Source: a virus
IMG/VR virus record: IMGVR_UViG_3300042691_041718
Span: 1 to 64,000 of that record
DNA length: 64,000 nt
Reading direction: 5' to 3' (one strand)
The notes below the pieces were generated by a model that was given only the letters and a program-made list of their open reading frames with translations, ran no database searches and had not been told where the DNA came from. The position numbers and the translations under genes were made by a program. Shown here in pieces: positions 19,273 through 28,920 of this stretch (position 1 is the stretch's first letter; the number at the start of each line of letters is the position of its first letter).

Positions 19273-19442
19273 TATTTCAAAACCATATATTTAACACCAT
19301 CTACGATTTTGGTAACATATTTACCAGTTTCTTTTTTCTCAGCATTTTTAGTAGCTCTTTTGGTAGCAACTTTACCACCTTTAGATTTTTCTACTTCTCC
19401 ATACTTTTGTTTTAAAACCTCTTTCATTGAATATCTTTCCAT
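19272..19442 (-). CDS. Small basic hypothetical protein (56 aa)
   Basis: MERYSMKEVLKQKYGEVEKSKGG...; TATATTTG promoter at 19471..19464. Confidence 0.65.
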   Translation of the reverse strand: MERYSMKEVLKQKYGEVEKSKGGKVATKRATKNAEKKETGKYVTKIVDGVKYMVLK

Positions 19443-19508
19443 AACTCGTCTTATTTTGTTTTACAAATATAATAACTTTTTTGGAATGGCGATATAAATA
19501 TATAGAAT

Positions 19509-19679
19509 ATGATAAAAAAATATATTGAGTTTATAAATGAGGGGGTTTATCCATATGGATGTATTTTATTAGAAACACCTATTGAGATGTATAAAAAAAT
19601 AGTTGATTTCTTAAACCAATATAAAAATGTCGATATAATGAAATATCAAGTTGAACGTATTAAAACAATTAGAAAATGA
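19509..19679 (+). CDS. 56-aa protein with CTS-like leader MIKKYIEFINE
   Basis: Hand-translated; AATATATA upstream; ATGA overlap with next ORF. Confidence 0.65.
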   Translation: MIKKYIEFINEGVYPYGCILLETPIEMYKKIVDFLNQYKNVDIMKYQVERIKTIRK

Positions 19680-19918
19680 ACCCATATTATATAAGTGTTG
19701 ATCCATATAGAAATGATGTTGGATATAATTCTTTTTTAAGAGCTCAAAAAATCTTAAAAATTTTTAGGGGTGAAGTAATTGATAATTCACATAATAATTA
19801 TTTTGATAGTAGATGGTATAAGCCAGATTATTCTCAATACACAAAAGAGAGTTTGGGTAGTATTGCTTATACAGAATATTTATCTGAAAAGATTATGGGA
19901 ATTAACCAACAAAATTAA
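19676..19918 (+). CDS. Hypothetical protein with internal RxxKI tag
   Basis: LRAQKILKIF. Confidence 0.55.
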   Translation: MNPYYISVDPYRNDVGYNSFLRAQKILKIFRGEVIDNSHNNYFDSRWYKPDYSQYTKESLGSIAYTEYLSEKIMGINQQN

Positions 19919-19973
19919 GTAGAAAAGGTAGAAAAGGTAGAAAAGGTAGAAGTTATATATTAATATATAACTT

Positions 19974-20561
19974 ATGAAAAAATGCAGTAAATGTGAATTA
20001 GAAAAAGATTTATCTCAATTTAAAAGATGGTCAGTTTGTATAGAATGTAATAAAATTTTAAATAAAAAATATAATGATTCTAGAAAAGAAAAAATGAAAG
20101 AATATTATATTGATAATAGAGATATTCTTATACAGAGATCTAGAGAAAATTACTCTAAAAATAAAGATTATATAATAGAGAGAAATAAAAAATATCAAGA
20201 AGAGAATAGAGAAAATAGAAATATTTATATAAATGAAAGAAAAAAATATGATAATCTATTTAAACTATCGATATCTATAAGAAAGTTGATTTACACATCG
20301 ATTAAGAAAAGAGGATTTTCAAAAAAATCAAAAGTGAATAATATACTAGGCTGTTCATTTGAAGAATTCAAAATTCACATAGAAAGTCAATTCAATGAAG
20401 GAATGACTTGGGAAAATCATGGTAAATGGCACTTAGACCACAAAACGCCGATAAGTTGGGCTAATACAGAAGATGAGATATACGAGTTAAACCATTACAC
20501 TAATTTTCAACCACTATGGGCTAAGGATAATCTATCTAAAGGAAACAAATGGTCTGATTAA
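19974..20561 (+). mobile_element. HNH homing endonuclease
   Basis: CSKC..CIEC, WHLDHKTP, HYTNFQPLWAKDNLSKG. Confidence 0.88.
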
Positions 20562-20576
20562 AATATAAAATAAAAT

Positions 20577-20726
20577 ATGAAAATTAAAACTAAAAGAAAA
20601 TTAAAAATATATTTTTCTATGGATCCAAATTTATATGAAGTTTTTGAAAAGCATATAGATGATAATCTTTTAGATAAATCAAAAGTTATAGAGAAATTAA
20701 TTGAGGAATATATGAAAAAAAATTAA
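20577..20726 (+). CDS. Small ribbon-helix-helix-like protein
   Basis: MKIKTKRKLKIYFSMDPNLYEVFEKHIDDNLLDKSKVIEKLIEEYMKKN. Confidence 0.55.
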   Translation: MKIKTKRKLKIYFSMDPNLYEVFEKHIDDNLLDKSKVIEKLIEEYMKKN

Positions 20727-20799
20727 ACTTTCCAAATTATTTCTAATATAAATATTAACTGACAACAAAGTCAGTATTAAAAATAAATAAAAAGCAATT

Positions 20800-21774
20800 A
20801 TGGCAAATGAAAACATTGATGATCTATTTAATGGAGGCTTAGACAGCAAAATGGACTTCTTAAATGAGCAAAAGACAACAACAAACAACGACGGTATTTA
20901 CCGAGTAGATCTTTCAAAAGTGAAAGACAAAAAAAGAGGATGGAGATCAGTAGTTAGACTTTTACCTAACTTAACAAAAGAAGGTAAAGTAGGTCAAATG
21001 GCTATCGAGAAAATCACACACTTCGTAGATATCAAAAACCCTAGAGAATTAGCTGGATGGTTTGATAGTCCAAAAAACTTCAATGAGAAATGTGCTTTAA
21101 CAGATTTGTATTACACAATGACAAACTCTAAAAACGCAGTTTTAATTGAAAAAGCAAGACAATTAAAATATTCTAAAAAGTATTACTCTTATGTTCTTGT
21201 AGTTGAAGATGAACAACAACCAGAATTAGTTGGTAAAATTATGATTTTCCAATACGGTAAAACTATTAAAGATAAAATCTCTCAAGAGAAAAATGGTGAA
21301 ATTTCTGGAGTACCTTGTAATGTATTTGATTTAGCAGAAGGAAAAGATTTCGTACTTATTGTTAAAGAAATTCAAACAGGTGATGAAACTTACCCAGATT
21401 ATAAAATGTCAACTTTTAAAAGTGAGACAACTTCTTTACCAGTATTCAAAAACGGTGTATTCAAAAATGTACCAACTATCGAAATTGATGGTAAAGTAAG
21501 AGTTAAACCAGAAGCTCAATCTATTGTTAAAGATTTCTTAACAGATAGAGAGCATGATTTAGAGGAATACGCACCAAAAAGATTGACTGATGAGCAAAAT
21601 GGTAAGATTAACGAAATCGTTAACTTCTTAACTGGAAAAGCTTCTTCTTCATTCTCAGCGACTAAAACTGAAACAAAACCATCTTCAGATGATTTTGAGT
21701 TCGAAGAAACGTTTACTCAAAAGACTACTACTACACAAGTAGAATCGGAAGACGATTTCTTTTCAGATTTGTAA
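20800..21774 (+). CDS. Single-stranded DNA-binding protein, T4 gp32-like
   Basis: VRLLPN, FDLAEGKDFVL, YPDY..S, acidic tail EDDFFSDL. Confidence 0.85.
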   Translation: MANENIDDLFNGGLDSKMDFLNEQKTTTNNDGIYRVDLSKVKDKKRGWRSVVRLLPNLTKEGKVGQMAIEKITHFVDIKNPRELAGWFDSPKNFNEKCALTDLYYTMTNSKNAVLIEKARQLKYSKKYYSYVLVVEDEQQPELVGKIMIFQYGKTIKDKISQEKNGEISGVPCNVFDLAEGKDFVLIVKEIQTGDETYPDYKMSTFKSETTSLPVFKNGVFKNVPTIEIDGKVRVKPEAQSIVKDFLTDREHDLEEYAPKRLTDEQNGKINEIVNFLTGKASSSFSATKTETKPSSDDFEFEETFTQKTTTTQVESEDDFFSDL

Positions 21775-21790
21775 GATTTGAAAAATCAAT

Positions 21791-21826
21791 AAAAAAAGTG
21801 TCCTCAAAAAAGAGGACACTTTTTTT
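21791..21826 (+). terminator. Intrinsic terminator
   Basis: AAAAAAAGTGTCCTC..GAGGACACTTTTTTT. Confidence 0.85.
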
Positions 21827-21837
21827 ATATATAACTT

Positions 21838-22518
21838 ATGACTAAAATTTGTATAAAATGTGGAATTGAAAAAGAATTGATCTTATTCGTAAAAACAAAA
21901 AATTCTTGTAAAGAATGTGAGAGTTTATATAAAAAGGAATATGCTCTTAGAAATAAAGAGAAATTAAAAGAGAAATCAAAAGAATACTATTCTAAAAATA
22001 AAGACTCTATAAAAGAAAGAGAGAAAGAAAGATATAATTTAGACAGGGAACGAAAGTTAACTTATCAAAAAGAATATTCTGAAGAAAATAGAGAAAAAAT
22101 AAAGAAATATAAGTCAGAATATTCAAGGATAAATAGAGAAAAAATAAGATCGTATAAAACAAATTATCAGCGAGAGAGGAGAAAAAATGATCCCATTTTT
22201 AAGTTAAAATCTGTTATATCTAGGATAATAAGAAACTCCATTAAATGTAAAGGTTTATCTAAGAATAAAAAGTCGATAGATATTTTGGGTTGTGATATTG
22301 AGTTTTTTAAAAATTATTTAGAGGAAAGATTTGTTGGTGATATGTCTTGGGATAATTATGGAGTAATTTGGGATATAGATCATATAATTCCGTTATCCAG
22401 TGCGATCAACGAGGACGATGTTATAAAGTTGAATCATTATACAAATCTTCAACCATTGGATTCTTATACTAATAGGTTTATTAAAAGGGATAAAATAGAT
22501 TTTGATTTAAACAAATAA
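21838..22518 (+). mobile_element. HNH homing endonuclease
   Basis: CIKC..CKEC, WDIDHIIPL, HYTNLQPL. Confidence 0.88.
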
Positions 22519-22563
22519 GGTTTAGATATATATAATCAGAAGTTAAAAAATATATATATTTTT

Positions 22564-23475
22564 ATGAAAGGTAAAAAATTTAGAGATATTAGAACTGGAG
22601 AGGTTGTTAAGGTAATTGATTCATTTGAAAATATCGCAATTCTAGAAAACAAACAAAAAATTGATGTTCGAAGATTAGGTGATACAAATTACTTTGTAGA
22701 AGAAATTGATCCTCGTTCATTTCTTAATAATAGATCAGCTTTTGAATCATTAACTGAAACAATTAAAAACATACCAACCGATAATATGGTTGATGATGGA
22801 ACTGTAAATATGTCTAATTATAGTGGTCAAGTTAGACCAACTAGTGATGATAGTGCGGTTGTTTATTCATCAATTGAAGATGAAAGAGAGGAATTGGCTA
22901 GAAAGTATGGTGTGATTGATAATAGAGAAGCAACTGTTAGACAACAGGAAGCTTTATCTAGATTAATCGATGATGAAGAATTACCAACACCACCACAACA
23001 AACTTATATACCTCCAGTTGTTGATAATAATGTGCAAAGAGTAGAGGTTCAAAGAAATGAAGAAGGTGATGTTGTTCAAAGACCTCTTGCTAAACCAGAA
23101 GATCCAATTCACATAATGTTCAGAAATGCCAAAAAAGTAGTTGAGTTTAGTTTAGATTTAACTCTAAATAATAAAATTCCTAGATTAGACTTTATTGAAA
23201 TGATGGAGGATTCATATGAAAAAAGTATTATAGATTTCTTAGCATCTGAAATAGCTAATGATTTATTAAAAAATCCAGAAAATTTAAAATTTCAAATTTC
23301 TGAAAAGATAAAAGAAATGGTTTATAACAAATCAGTTAAAAAAACAACAACTAGAAAAAAACCAATAGCTTCAACAAAAAGAAATTTAAAACAAGAAAAA
23401 GAAGAAATTAAAGTTTCTGAAGTAAAAAAAGTCACTCGAAAACCAAGAGCCAAAAAAGAGACTGAGCAACAATGA
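22564..23475 (+). CDS. Hypothetical protein
   Basis: 303 aa, basic C-terminal tail. Confidence 0.7.
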   Translation: MKGKKFRDIRTGEVVKVIDSFENIAILENKQKIDVRRLGDTNYFVEEIDPRSFLNNRSAFESLTETIKNIPTDNMVDDGTVNMSNYSGQVRPTSDDSAVVYSSIEDEREELARKYGVIDNREATVRQQEALSRLIDDEELPTPPQQTYIPPVVDNNVQRVEVQRNEEGDVVQRPLAKPEDPIHIMFRNAKKVVEFSLDLTLNNKIPRLDFIEMMEDSYEKSIIDFLASEIANDLLKNPENLKFQISEKIKEMVYNKSVKKTTTRKKPIASTKRNLKQEKEEIKVSEVKKVTRKPRAKKETEQQ

Positions 23476-23873
23476 TAGACGAAAGATTCTTATTAGCAGC
23501 TGTTAATATTAGAAAAACTTATATCAATATGTTAAGTGATTTAAATAAGTATCAAGAAAAAGCAAAAGAAACGTTACAAATGTTGAATGATGCTTATAAA
23601 AAACTTGATAATTTAGAAAAGGACATGAAAAAAGAGGAAAATAAAAACAACGAAAGTTATTCTTCTTTAAATGAGTTACTAAAAATAATTGATGAAATAG
23701 AAACTGAAGGGAAAAAGTTAGAAAACTTTACTAATCCAATCAATAAAGAAATTGAAAAATTAGCTTTAGAAGAACAAGAATTATATAAACAAATTTGTTT
23801 AAATCATCCAGATTTAACCGAAGAACAAATAGTTGAATGTGTTAAAGAAAGACTATTAAAAGAAAACCTCTGA
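23472..23873 (+). CDS. Coiled-coil hypothetical protein
   Basis: E/K/L-rich heptad pattern. Confidence 0.65.
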   Translation: MIDERFLLAAVNIRKTYINMLSDLNKYQEKAKETLQMLNDAYKKLDNLEKDMKKEENKNNESYSSLNELLKIIDEIETEGKKLENFTNPINKEIEKLALEEQELYKQICLNHPDLTEEQIVECVKERLLKENL

Positions 23874-23929
23874 TTGTATAAATGAGAGGTTTTCTTTTTT
23901 AATATATATCTAAAACATTATAGACTTAA

Positions 23930-26059
23930 ATGGCTAAGATTTCAAAATATTTAAAATTAGATAAAGATATATTATTAGAATATATTTATAATGATGGTAA
24001 TCTTATAGCTGAGAAATATCAAATATTAATTGACTCAAGAGATAGAAGAAGATCATACGTTGGTGATCCAGATGGTGTTTCTGGTAATATACCATCAAAT
24101 CAACTTTTTAGATTAGATGCAATATCAGGTAAGTTTTCAGTAGTTGATACGACTTACTATTCATATTTACAATATAAAGACTATTCAGTTGGTATACCAG
24201 TCAGACATGATACAGTTAAAATTCATATTCCAGTAAACTGGACTTTCGGTGAGCATTTAGGTTTTTATATTAAAGTTTATACATTTGATAGAACAAATAC
24301 AATAAGTTTTGATTTATCAAATTTCTTTTTTGACATGACTAATACTAGTCAATCAAATTTACTAAATTATTCAGCACCACCACTTTATTTTCAAGAAAAA
24401 CTATGGGGTAAAAATATATCAATTGATATACCAGCTGTTAGTGAAGTTGCAGCTCAACTAACTGGAGAATATCCAAAAGAAAATAGTATTAATTTTAATT
24501 TAACGGATGGTATTGGTTTAAGCTCAACATCTCCAATTTTCATAGATTTTTACTTTGTTGATGGTATTGAGACGATTAATGGTAGAACAAATTATATTTT
24601 AGGAACTAAAGTTACGACAACTTTACCACAAACACCAGAATTTGAAAGATTAGGATTAAAAATTCAACACTCATCCGATGGTGATTATTTTGAAATATTT
24701 GGAACATATAATAATAATATTGCTGAGTTTAAAAAGTTTATTGATGATTCTGTAAGAGAAGGACGTAGATACTATGTTCAGTATGATATTATTACTTATG
24801 AGCAAAATATAAGAGGTAAAAAGACAACAGTTACTATAAATGATGGTTTTAACGAAACAGTTGATTATAGACCAATTATTAAATTCTCAACAACAACCGC
24901 AATTATAGATGTTGAAATGAGACTTATAGATTCAGTTGATGATTCGTTTATATTAAGAAGAGCTTCTTATGGTATGTTACAAGATGAAATAACCAAATAT
25001 AGCATACGTTTATCTAAAATAAATTTAGATAACGCATTAAAACCAAAAGTTTATAATATTAAAAATAATATAGATGCTGCTTTATTAGGGAATACTAACT
25101 CTTTAGGTAAATCAAATTCTGTATCTGGTAGAAATTTTGGAAAACAAATAGGTGTTGGATATAAAAATGGAATAGCTATAGGAAAAGCACTATTTTCTGG
25201 ATCAAATGGAACATTTAAAGATCTATTAGCTTTACAAAATCAAGGAAACAATATTAATAATACAAATGGTTTAGGAACCGGTACTGGAAACGGAACAGGC
25301 ACTGGTACAGGTGCTGGTACAGGTGCTGGTACAGGTGTTGGTACAGGTGCTGGTACAGGAACCGGAGCGGGTGGTTCTGGTAATCCAAATGGTGGTTATC
25401 CTAATGTAAACACAGGCGCTGGTGGTGCTGGTGGCGGAAACGGAGCGGGTCTTGGTGGAGGCGGTGGTGCTGGAAATGTACAAGTCCAAGAAGTAAAAGT
25501 ACCTTTTCCAGTTTTTGTTGATAGATTTAATATTATAGCAAAATCAGAAAACTCAATAGTTAATAGCACAACTTTCTATGGTATTGGAAAATTACAAGTA
25601 TTAATATATCCATTTGATAACATAATGAAGTTTGTTATTGCAAGTGGTGTTAGTACACAACCAGACTATTTAGATTTAACATCTTTTACAGAAGTTAAAA
25701 TGGTTATAAAAAATGATACATCATCACATGATTTTAAATTGATGACTGAATCAAAAGAAGTAAACTTAAAGTTAGGACAAGTTGTATTTAAAATACCTGA
25801 ATCTAAATTTTTAAATGTTAAAAAGATTTATGATGCTAAAGTAAATATTTTTTATATTGTTGGTACAACAGGTGCTAATAGTACAGTTATTTATACTGGA
25901 TTATTTAAAATTTACGACAGTCTTGATAATATTCAAATTCTTAATAATGAAGCTCCTAAGGCACCAGATATCATTAAAGATCCTAAGATGCCAAAAGAAA
26001 CTGCTATCGTTACTAGAAAGTTAATTTCAGGTCAAACAACACCTAATAAAAAACCATAA
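23930..26059 (+). CDS. Putative virion structural protein with Gly/Thr-rich linker
   Basis: 709 aa, beta-rich composition, late-type promoter, next to tail-tube-like gene. Confidence 0.55.
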   Translation: MAKISKYLKLDKDILLEYIYNDGNLIAEKYQILIDSRDRRRSYVGDPDGVSGNIPSNQLFRLDAISGKFSVVDTTYYSYLQYKDYSVGIPVRHDTVKIHIPVNWTFGEHLGFYIKVYTFDRTNTISFDLSNFFFDMTNTSQSNLLNYSAPPLYFQEKLWGKNISIDIPAVSEVAAQLTGEYPKENSINFNLTDGIGLSSTSPIFIDFYFVDGIETINGRTNYILGTKVTTTLPQTPEFERLGLKIQHSSDGDYFEIFGTYNNNIAEFKKFIDDSVREGRRYYVQYDIITYEQNIRGKKTTVTINDGFNETVDYRPIIKFSTTTAIIDVEMRLIDSVDDSFILRRASYGMLQDEITKYSIRLSKINLDNALKPKVYNIKNNIDAALLGNTNSLGKSNSVSGRNFGKQIGVGYKNGIAIGKALFSGSNGTFKDLLALQNQGNNINNTNGLGTGTGNGTGTGTGAGTGAGTGVGTGAGTGTGAGGSGNPNGGYPNVNTGAGGAGGGNGAGLGGGGGAGNVQVQEVKVPFPVFVDRFNIIAKSENSIVNSTTFYGIGKLQVLIYPFDNIMKFVIASGVSTQPDYLDLTSFTEVKMVIKNDTSSHDFKLMTESKEVNLKLGQVVFKIPESKFLNVKKIYDAKVNIFYIVGTTGANSTVIYTGLFKIYDSLDNIQILNNEAPKAPDIIKDPKMPKETAIVTRKLISGQTTPNKKP
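25304..25360 (+). repeat. 12-bp coding tandem repeat GGTACAGGTGCT (GTGA)n
   Basis: Four near-perfect units plus a partial unit. Confidence 0.9.
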
Positions 26060-26076
26060 AAATTAATAATAAATAA

Positions 26077-26721
26077 ATGAGGTTAAGTTCACAGTCCAGT
26101 CAGTTTATATTTAATTTACCGAGTAACTTTTTAAAGCCAGAGTTAGTTGAGACATATAAGCCTATTCTTGAAAAGAATTGGGTTCAATACGAAAATATAA
26201 TAGATTATATTAACTCTACTATTAAATCTGTTAACTTTCCAGGTATTTCTATTGATTTACCAAAACAAGTTCTACCAAGAGGTAAAGAAAGACAATTCAA
26301 ACCTGCTAAAAATGTTCAGGATATATCAACAACTCACGAGTTAACAATAACTTTTAGATCTGTTGACTCTGATTTAAATTATTGGCTTTTATTTGATATT
26401 GTAACAAAACACTATTTAGATTTAGATAATCAATTTCTTTATCCATTTACTATTACTTGTGTTGATATACACAGAGATGCTATCTATATAATTCGATTTT
26501 ATGAAATAATATTAAAAGCTTTAAGTGATAATACATTTAATTACTCACAACAAAAAGTAACATCTAAAGAATTTACAATGACATTTCATTTTAACTTCTA
26601 TGATATTGAGTTTCTTTATAATAAAGCAAAAATACTTGAAGACTTTGATACACCAGTTATTATTGATAATAATTTAATAGGTGATAACTACTTAGTTGCT
26701 CATTGGAGAAAAAAAAGGTGA
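26077..26721 (+). CDS. Tail tube / tail completion fold protein (gp19/gp3/gp54-like)
   Basis: SVNFPGISI, ELTITF..DSDLNYW, F..TFHFN.YDI pattern. Confidence 0.55.
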   Translation: MRLSSQSSQFIFNLPSNFLKPELVETYKPILEKNWVQYENIIDYINSTIKSVNFPGISIDLPKQVLPRGKERQFKPAKNVQDISTTHELTITFRSVDSDLNYWLLFDIVTKHYLDLDNQFLYPFTITCVDIHRDAIYIIRFYEIILKALSDNTFNYSQQKVTSKEFTMTFHFNFYDIEFLYNKAKILEDFDTPVIIDNNLIGDNYLVAHWRKKR

Positions 26722-26741
26722 TTAATTTAATCACCTTTTTT
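26710..26741. terminator. Bidirectional intrinsic terminator
   Basis: AAAAAAAGGTGATT..AATCACCTTTTTT. Confidence 0.8.
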
Positions 26742-26888
26742 GTATATTTTATTAATTTTATTTCTTCTACTCATTGTTACTTTTGGAAAAAGTCTAAATA
26801 GTTCATTCATAATTTCTTTATCAATAGACTTAGCTAATTCTTGAGAAAGTAACTTCGATAACTCATCACTGGGATTAAACTGTTTCAT
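26727..26888 (-). CDS. 53-aa mini-protein resembling a gp23-type major capsid segment, plus C-terminal tag
   Basis: MKQFNPSDELSKLLSQELAKSIDKEIMNELFRLFPKVTMSRRNKINKIYKKGD; start overlaps the end of 26875..27558. Confidence 0.6.
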   Translation of the reverse strand: MKQFNPSDELSKLLSQELAKSIDKEIMNELFRLFPKVTMSRRNKINKIYKKGD

Positions 26889-27558
26889 ATAATTCTCCTG
26901 GATATGGATTTTGGTAATGATCAACATCTGATGTATGAGCATTATAGTATTTTGATTCTGGTAATTGACAAACCCACATTTCACACATCATTCTCCATTT
27001 CAGATAATCATTATTAGGCATCCAAGTGATTGGATTACATAAATTTTTAATATGTGAAGATTTACTCCACCAAAAATTACCAGAATAATGTTTAGGGGCT
27101 TTACCATATCCCCAATACATAGGATGAAATTTGATATCTTCTGGATTACCTCTTAAATTAACACCAGTACAATCATTCTCTTTTAACTCTTCTAATCTAT
27201 CTTCCCATTTATTTATACTAAAATAAGATAAGTAATTAGTCCAATCCGTTATAAAAGGATGATTTCTACTTACTCCTTTTGTGTGTAAATAAAGAACATT
27301 GAAATCTTCGTCTTGTGAATGTTTCCAAATTAGATCTAAAGTTGGAAACTCATTATATGAAGTATCTTTATATTTATTCCAAATTTTATATTTAGGATCA
27401 TCTAAATTCACCTTTAATAAGTTTATATCACCATTAATGACTAAATTGATTACATCACAATTTTCGTATAAACTACTATCTTTAATTCTATTTAATAGGT
27501 TTGTCAAAACTTCATTAACAGAACCCATCACAGCAACATTTATATAAACTCTATTCAT
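26875..27558 (-). CDS. Glycosyltransferase-like protein
   Basis: VLYLHTKGVS, HYSGNFWW, E.W motifs; in glycan cluster. Confidence 0.6.
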   Translation of the reverse strand: MNRVYINVAVMGSVNEVLTNLLNRIKDSSLYENCDVINLVINGDINLLKVNLDDPKYKIWNKYKDTSYNEFPTLDLIWKHSQDEDFNVLYLHTKGVSRNHPFITDWTNYLSYFSINKWEDRLEELKENDCTGVNLRGNPEDIKFHPMYWGYGKAPKHYSGNFWWSKSSHIKNLCNPITWMPNNDYLKWRMMCEMWVCQLPESKYYNAHTSDVDHYQNPYPGELYETV

Positions 27559-28312
27559 TTTCTAATATTAAATTTTCAAGTATATAACTTTCAACAGAAT
27601 TGTATCTATCAATATTAGTCATACCATGTACATCTTCATTACTAGACCAGTTTCTTGTATACCACATATGAATTCCTATATCTGGTGAATCTTTATCTAA
27701 TCTAGGATTTGTCGATTTAAATCTCTCATCAAAGTGTGGATATAAATAATCAAATTTACAACCTAACTTTTTCATAGTCCATAAAAATGCGTAGTAAGGC
27801 TCTTGTTCATAATTAAAATTAGAACCACCTTGAATTTCGTGTTGATATTTAAAATCTTTTTTATAATCTTCTTCAAACTTAATTCCATAGTTATTAAGCC
27901 AACCATTAACAGGATGAAACCCAAATTGTATATTTGAGAAATTAACTTTTCTCAAAAATTCAATTTTACCCATAAGTAAAAAAGCATTAATAGCCACTGG
28001 ATTAGCACCTCTAAATTGAGAATATCCATCTGATACACCAAGTATATCAACACTTTCAAGTTTCTGAACAGCTTTTAAAAACTCATCCTTTGATGTTAAA
28101 AAGAAATCTTCATCAATATGAACAAAGTATTTACAATCAGTTTTTTTAACTTCTTCAATCCAATAAAACCAAGAATTGGGCCATTCCTTTCTACCATCAA
28201 CTACTATATGTTGACTTTCAGGAAAATTACTCTTTAAAATTTTTGATTGATAATTCAAAAATTTAGTATATAGTGTTGTTGTTACAAAACAAATATCTTT
28301 TTCGTTAATCAT
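27551..28312 (-). CDS. Glycosyltransferase-like protein (GT-A)
   Basis: FVHIDEDFF (DxD). Confidence 0.55.
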   Translation of the reverse strand: MINEKDICFVTTTLYTKFLNYQSKILKSNFPESQHIVVDGRKEWPNSWFYWIEEVKKTDCKYFVHIDEDFFLTSKDEFLKAVQKLESVDILGVSDGYSQFRGANPVAINAFLLMGKIEFLRKVNFSNIQFGFHPVNGWLNNYGIKFEEDYKKDFKYQHEIQGGSNFNYEQEPYYAFLWTMKKLGCKFDYLYPHFDERFKSTNPRLDKDSPDIGIHMWYTRNWSSNEDVHGMTNIDRYNSVESYILENLILENE

Positions 28313-28920
28313 AATTTTAATTTATATTTTTCGTTAAATACATAGAACCAAATTCTCTCCATTATCCACGGCATTTTATTAACACCACCACCTTTATGTG
28401 GTGGAATCACTGTATCATTTATATCATCTCTATCAAACTCACTTAGTAGGTTAATATAAAATTGCTTAGGTCTCATTTTTATAAAATTTCTACTAACTAA
28501 AAATTGAGCTCCTACTATAAAATATAATTCATTTGGACTATTTTCAAAATATTTATCAAATATAATTTCTTTTATATTCAAACCAGGGTGTACAGGTCCG
28601 CCATCCAAGTTACATTTTAAAAGATGTGATAAACAAAGAAAGTCTGATCCGTTATAAGAGTCAATAGTCTCAATATTTTGACTTAAATTACCCTTTACTC
28701 CATCATATGGATTACCTTGTAGGAAACAAACATAATCAGATAAATTATCATAATTATTAACTATATGATATAGATAGGTATGAGCTTCTCTACCAAAATT
28801 TGGTAAATTTATATAACCATTATCATCACCACTTTTGTCATAAATAAAAAGTTTAGATCTCTTAAATAGTTTTGTCCAACTTATATCTTCTTTATATTTA
28901 GCTATTACAACTTCGACCAT
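28309..28920 (-). CDS. DUF3431-like protein
   Basis: VVIAKYKED..W, LPNFGREAHTYLYHI, FLQG.P, GAQF.VSR..I, MERIW. Confidence 0.75.
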   Translation of the reverse strand: MVEVVIAKYKEDISWTKLFKRSKLFIYDKSGDDNGYINLPNFGREAHTYLYHIVNNYDNLSDYVCFLQGNPYDGVKGNLSQNIETIDSYNGSDFLCLSHLLKCNLDGGPVHPGLNIKEIIFDKYFENSPNELYFIVGAQFLVSRNFIKMRPKQFYINLLSEFDRDDINDTVIPPHKGGGVNKMPWIMERIWFYVFNEKYKLKL

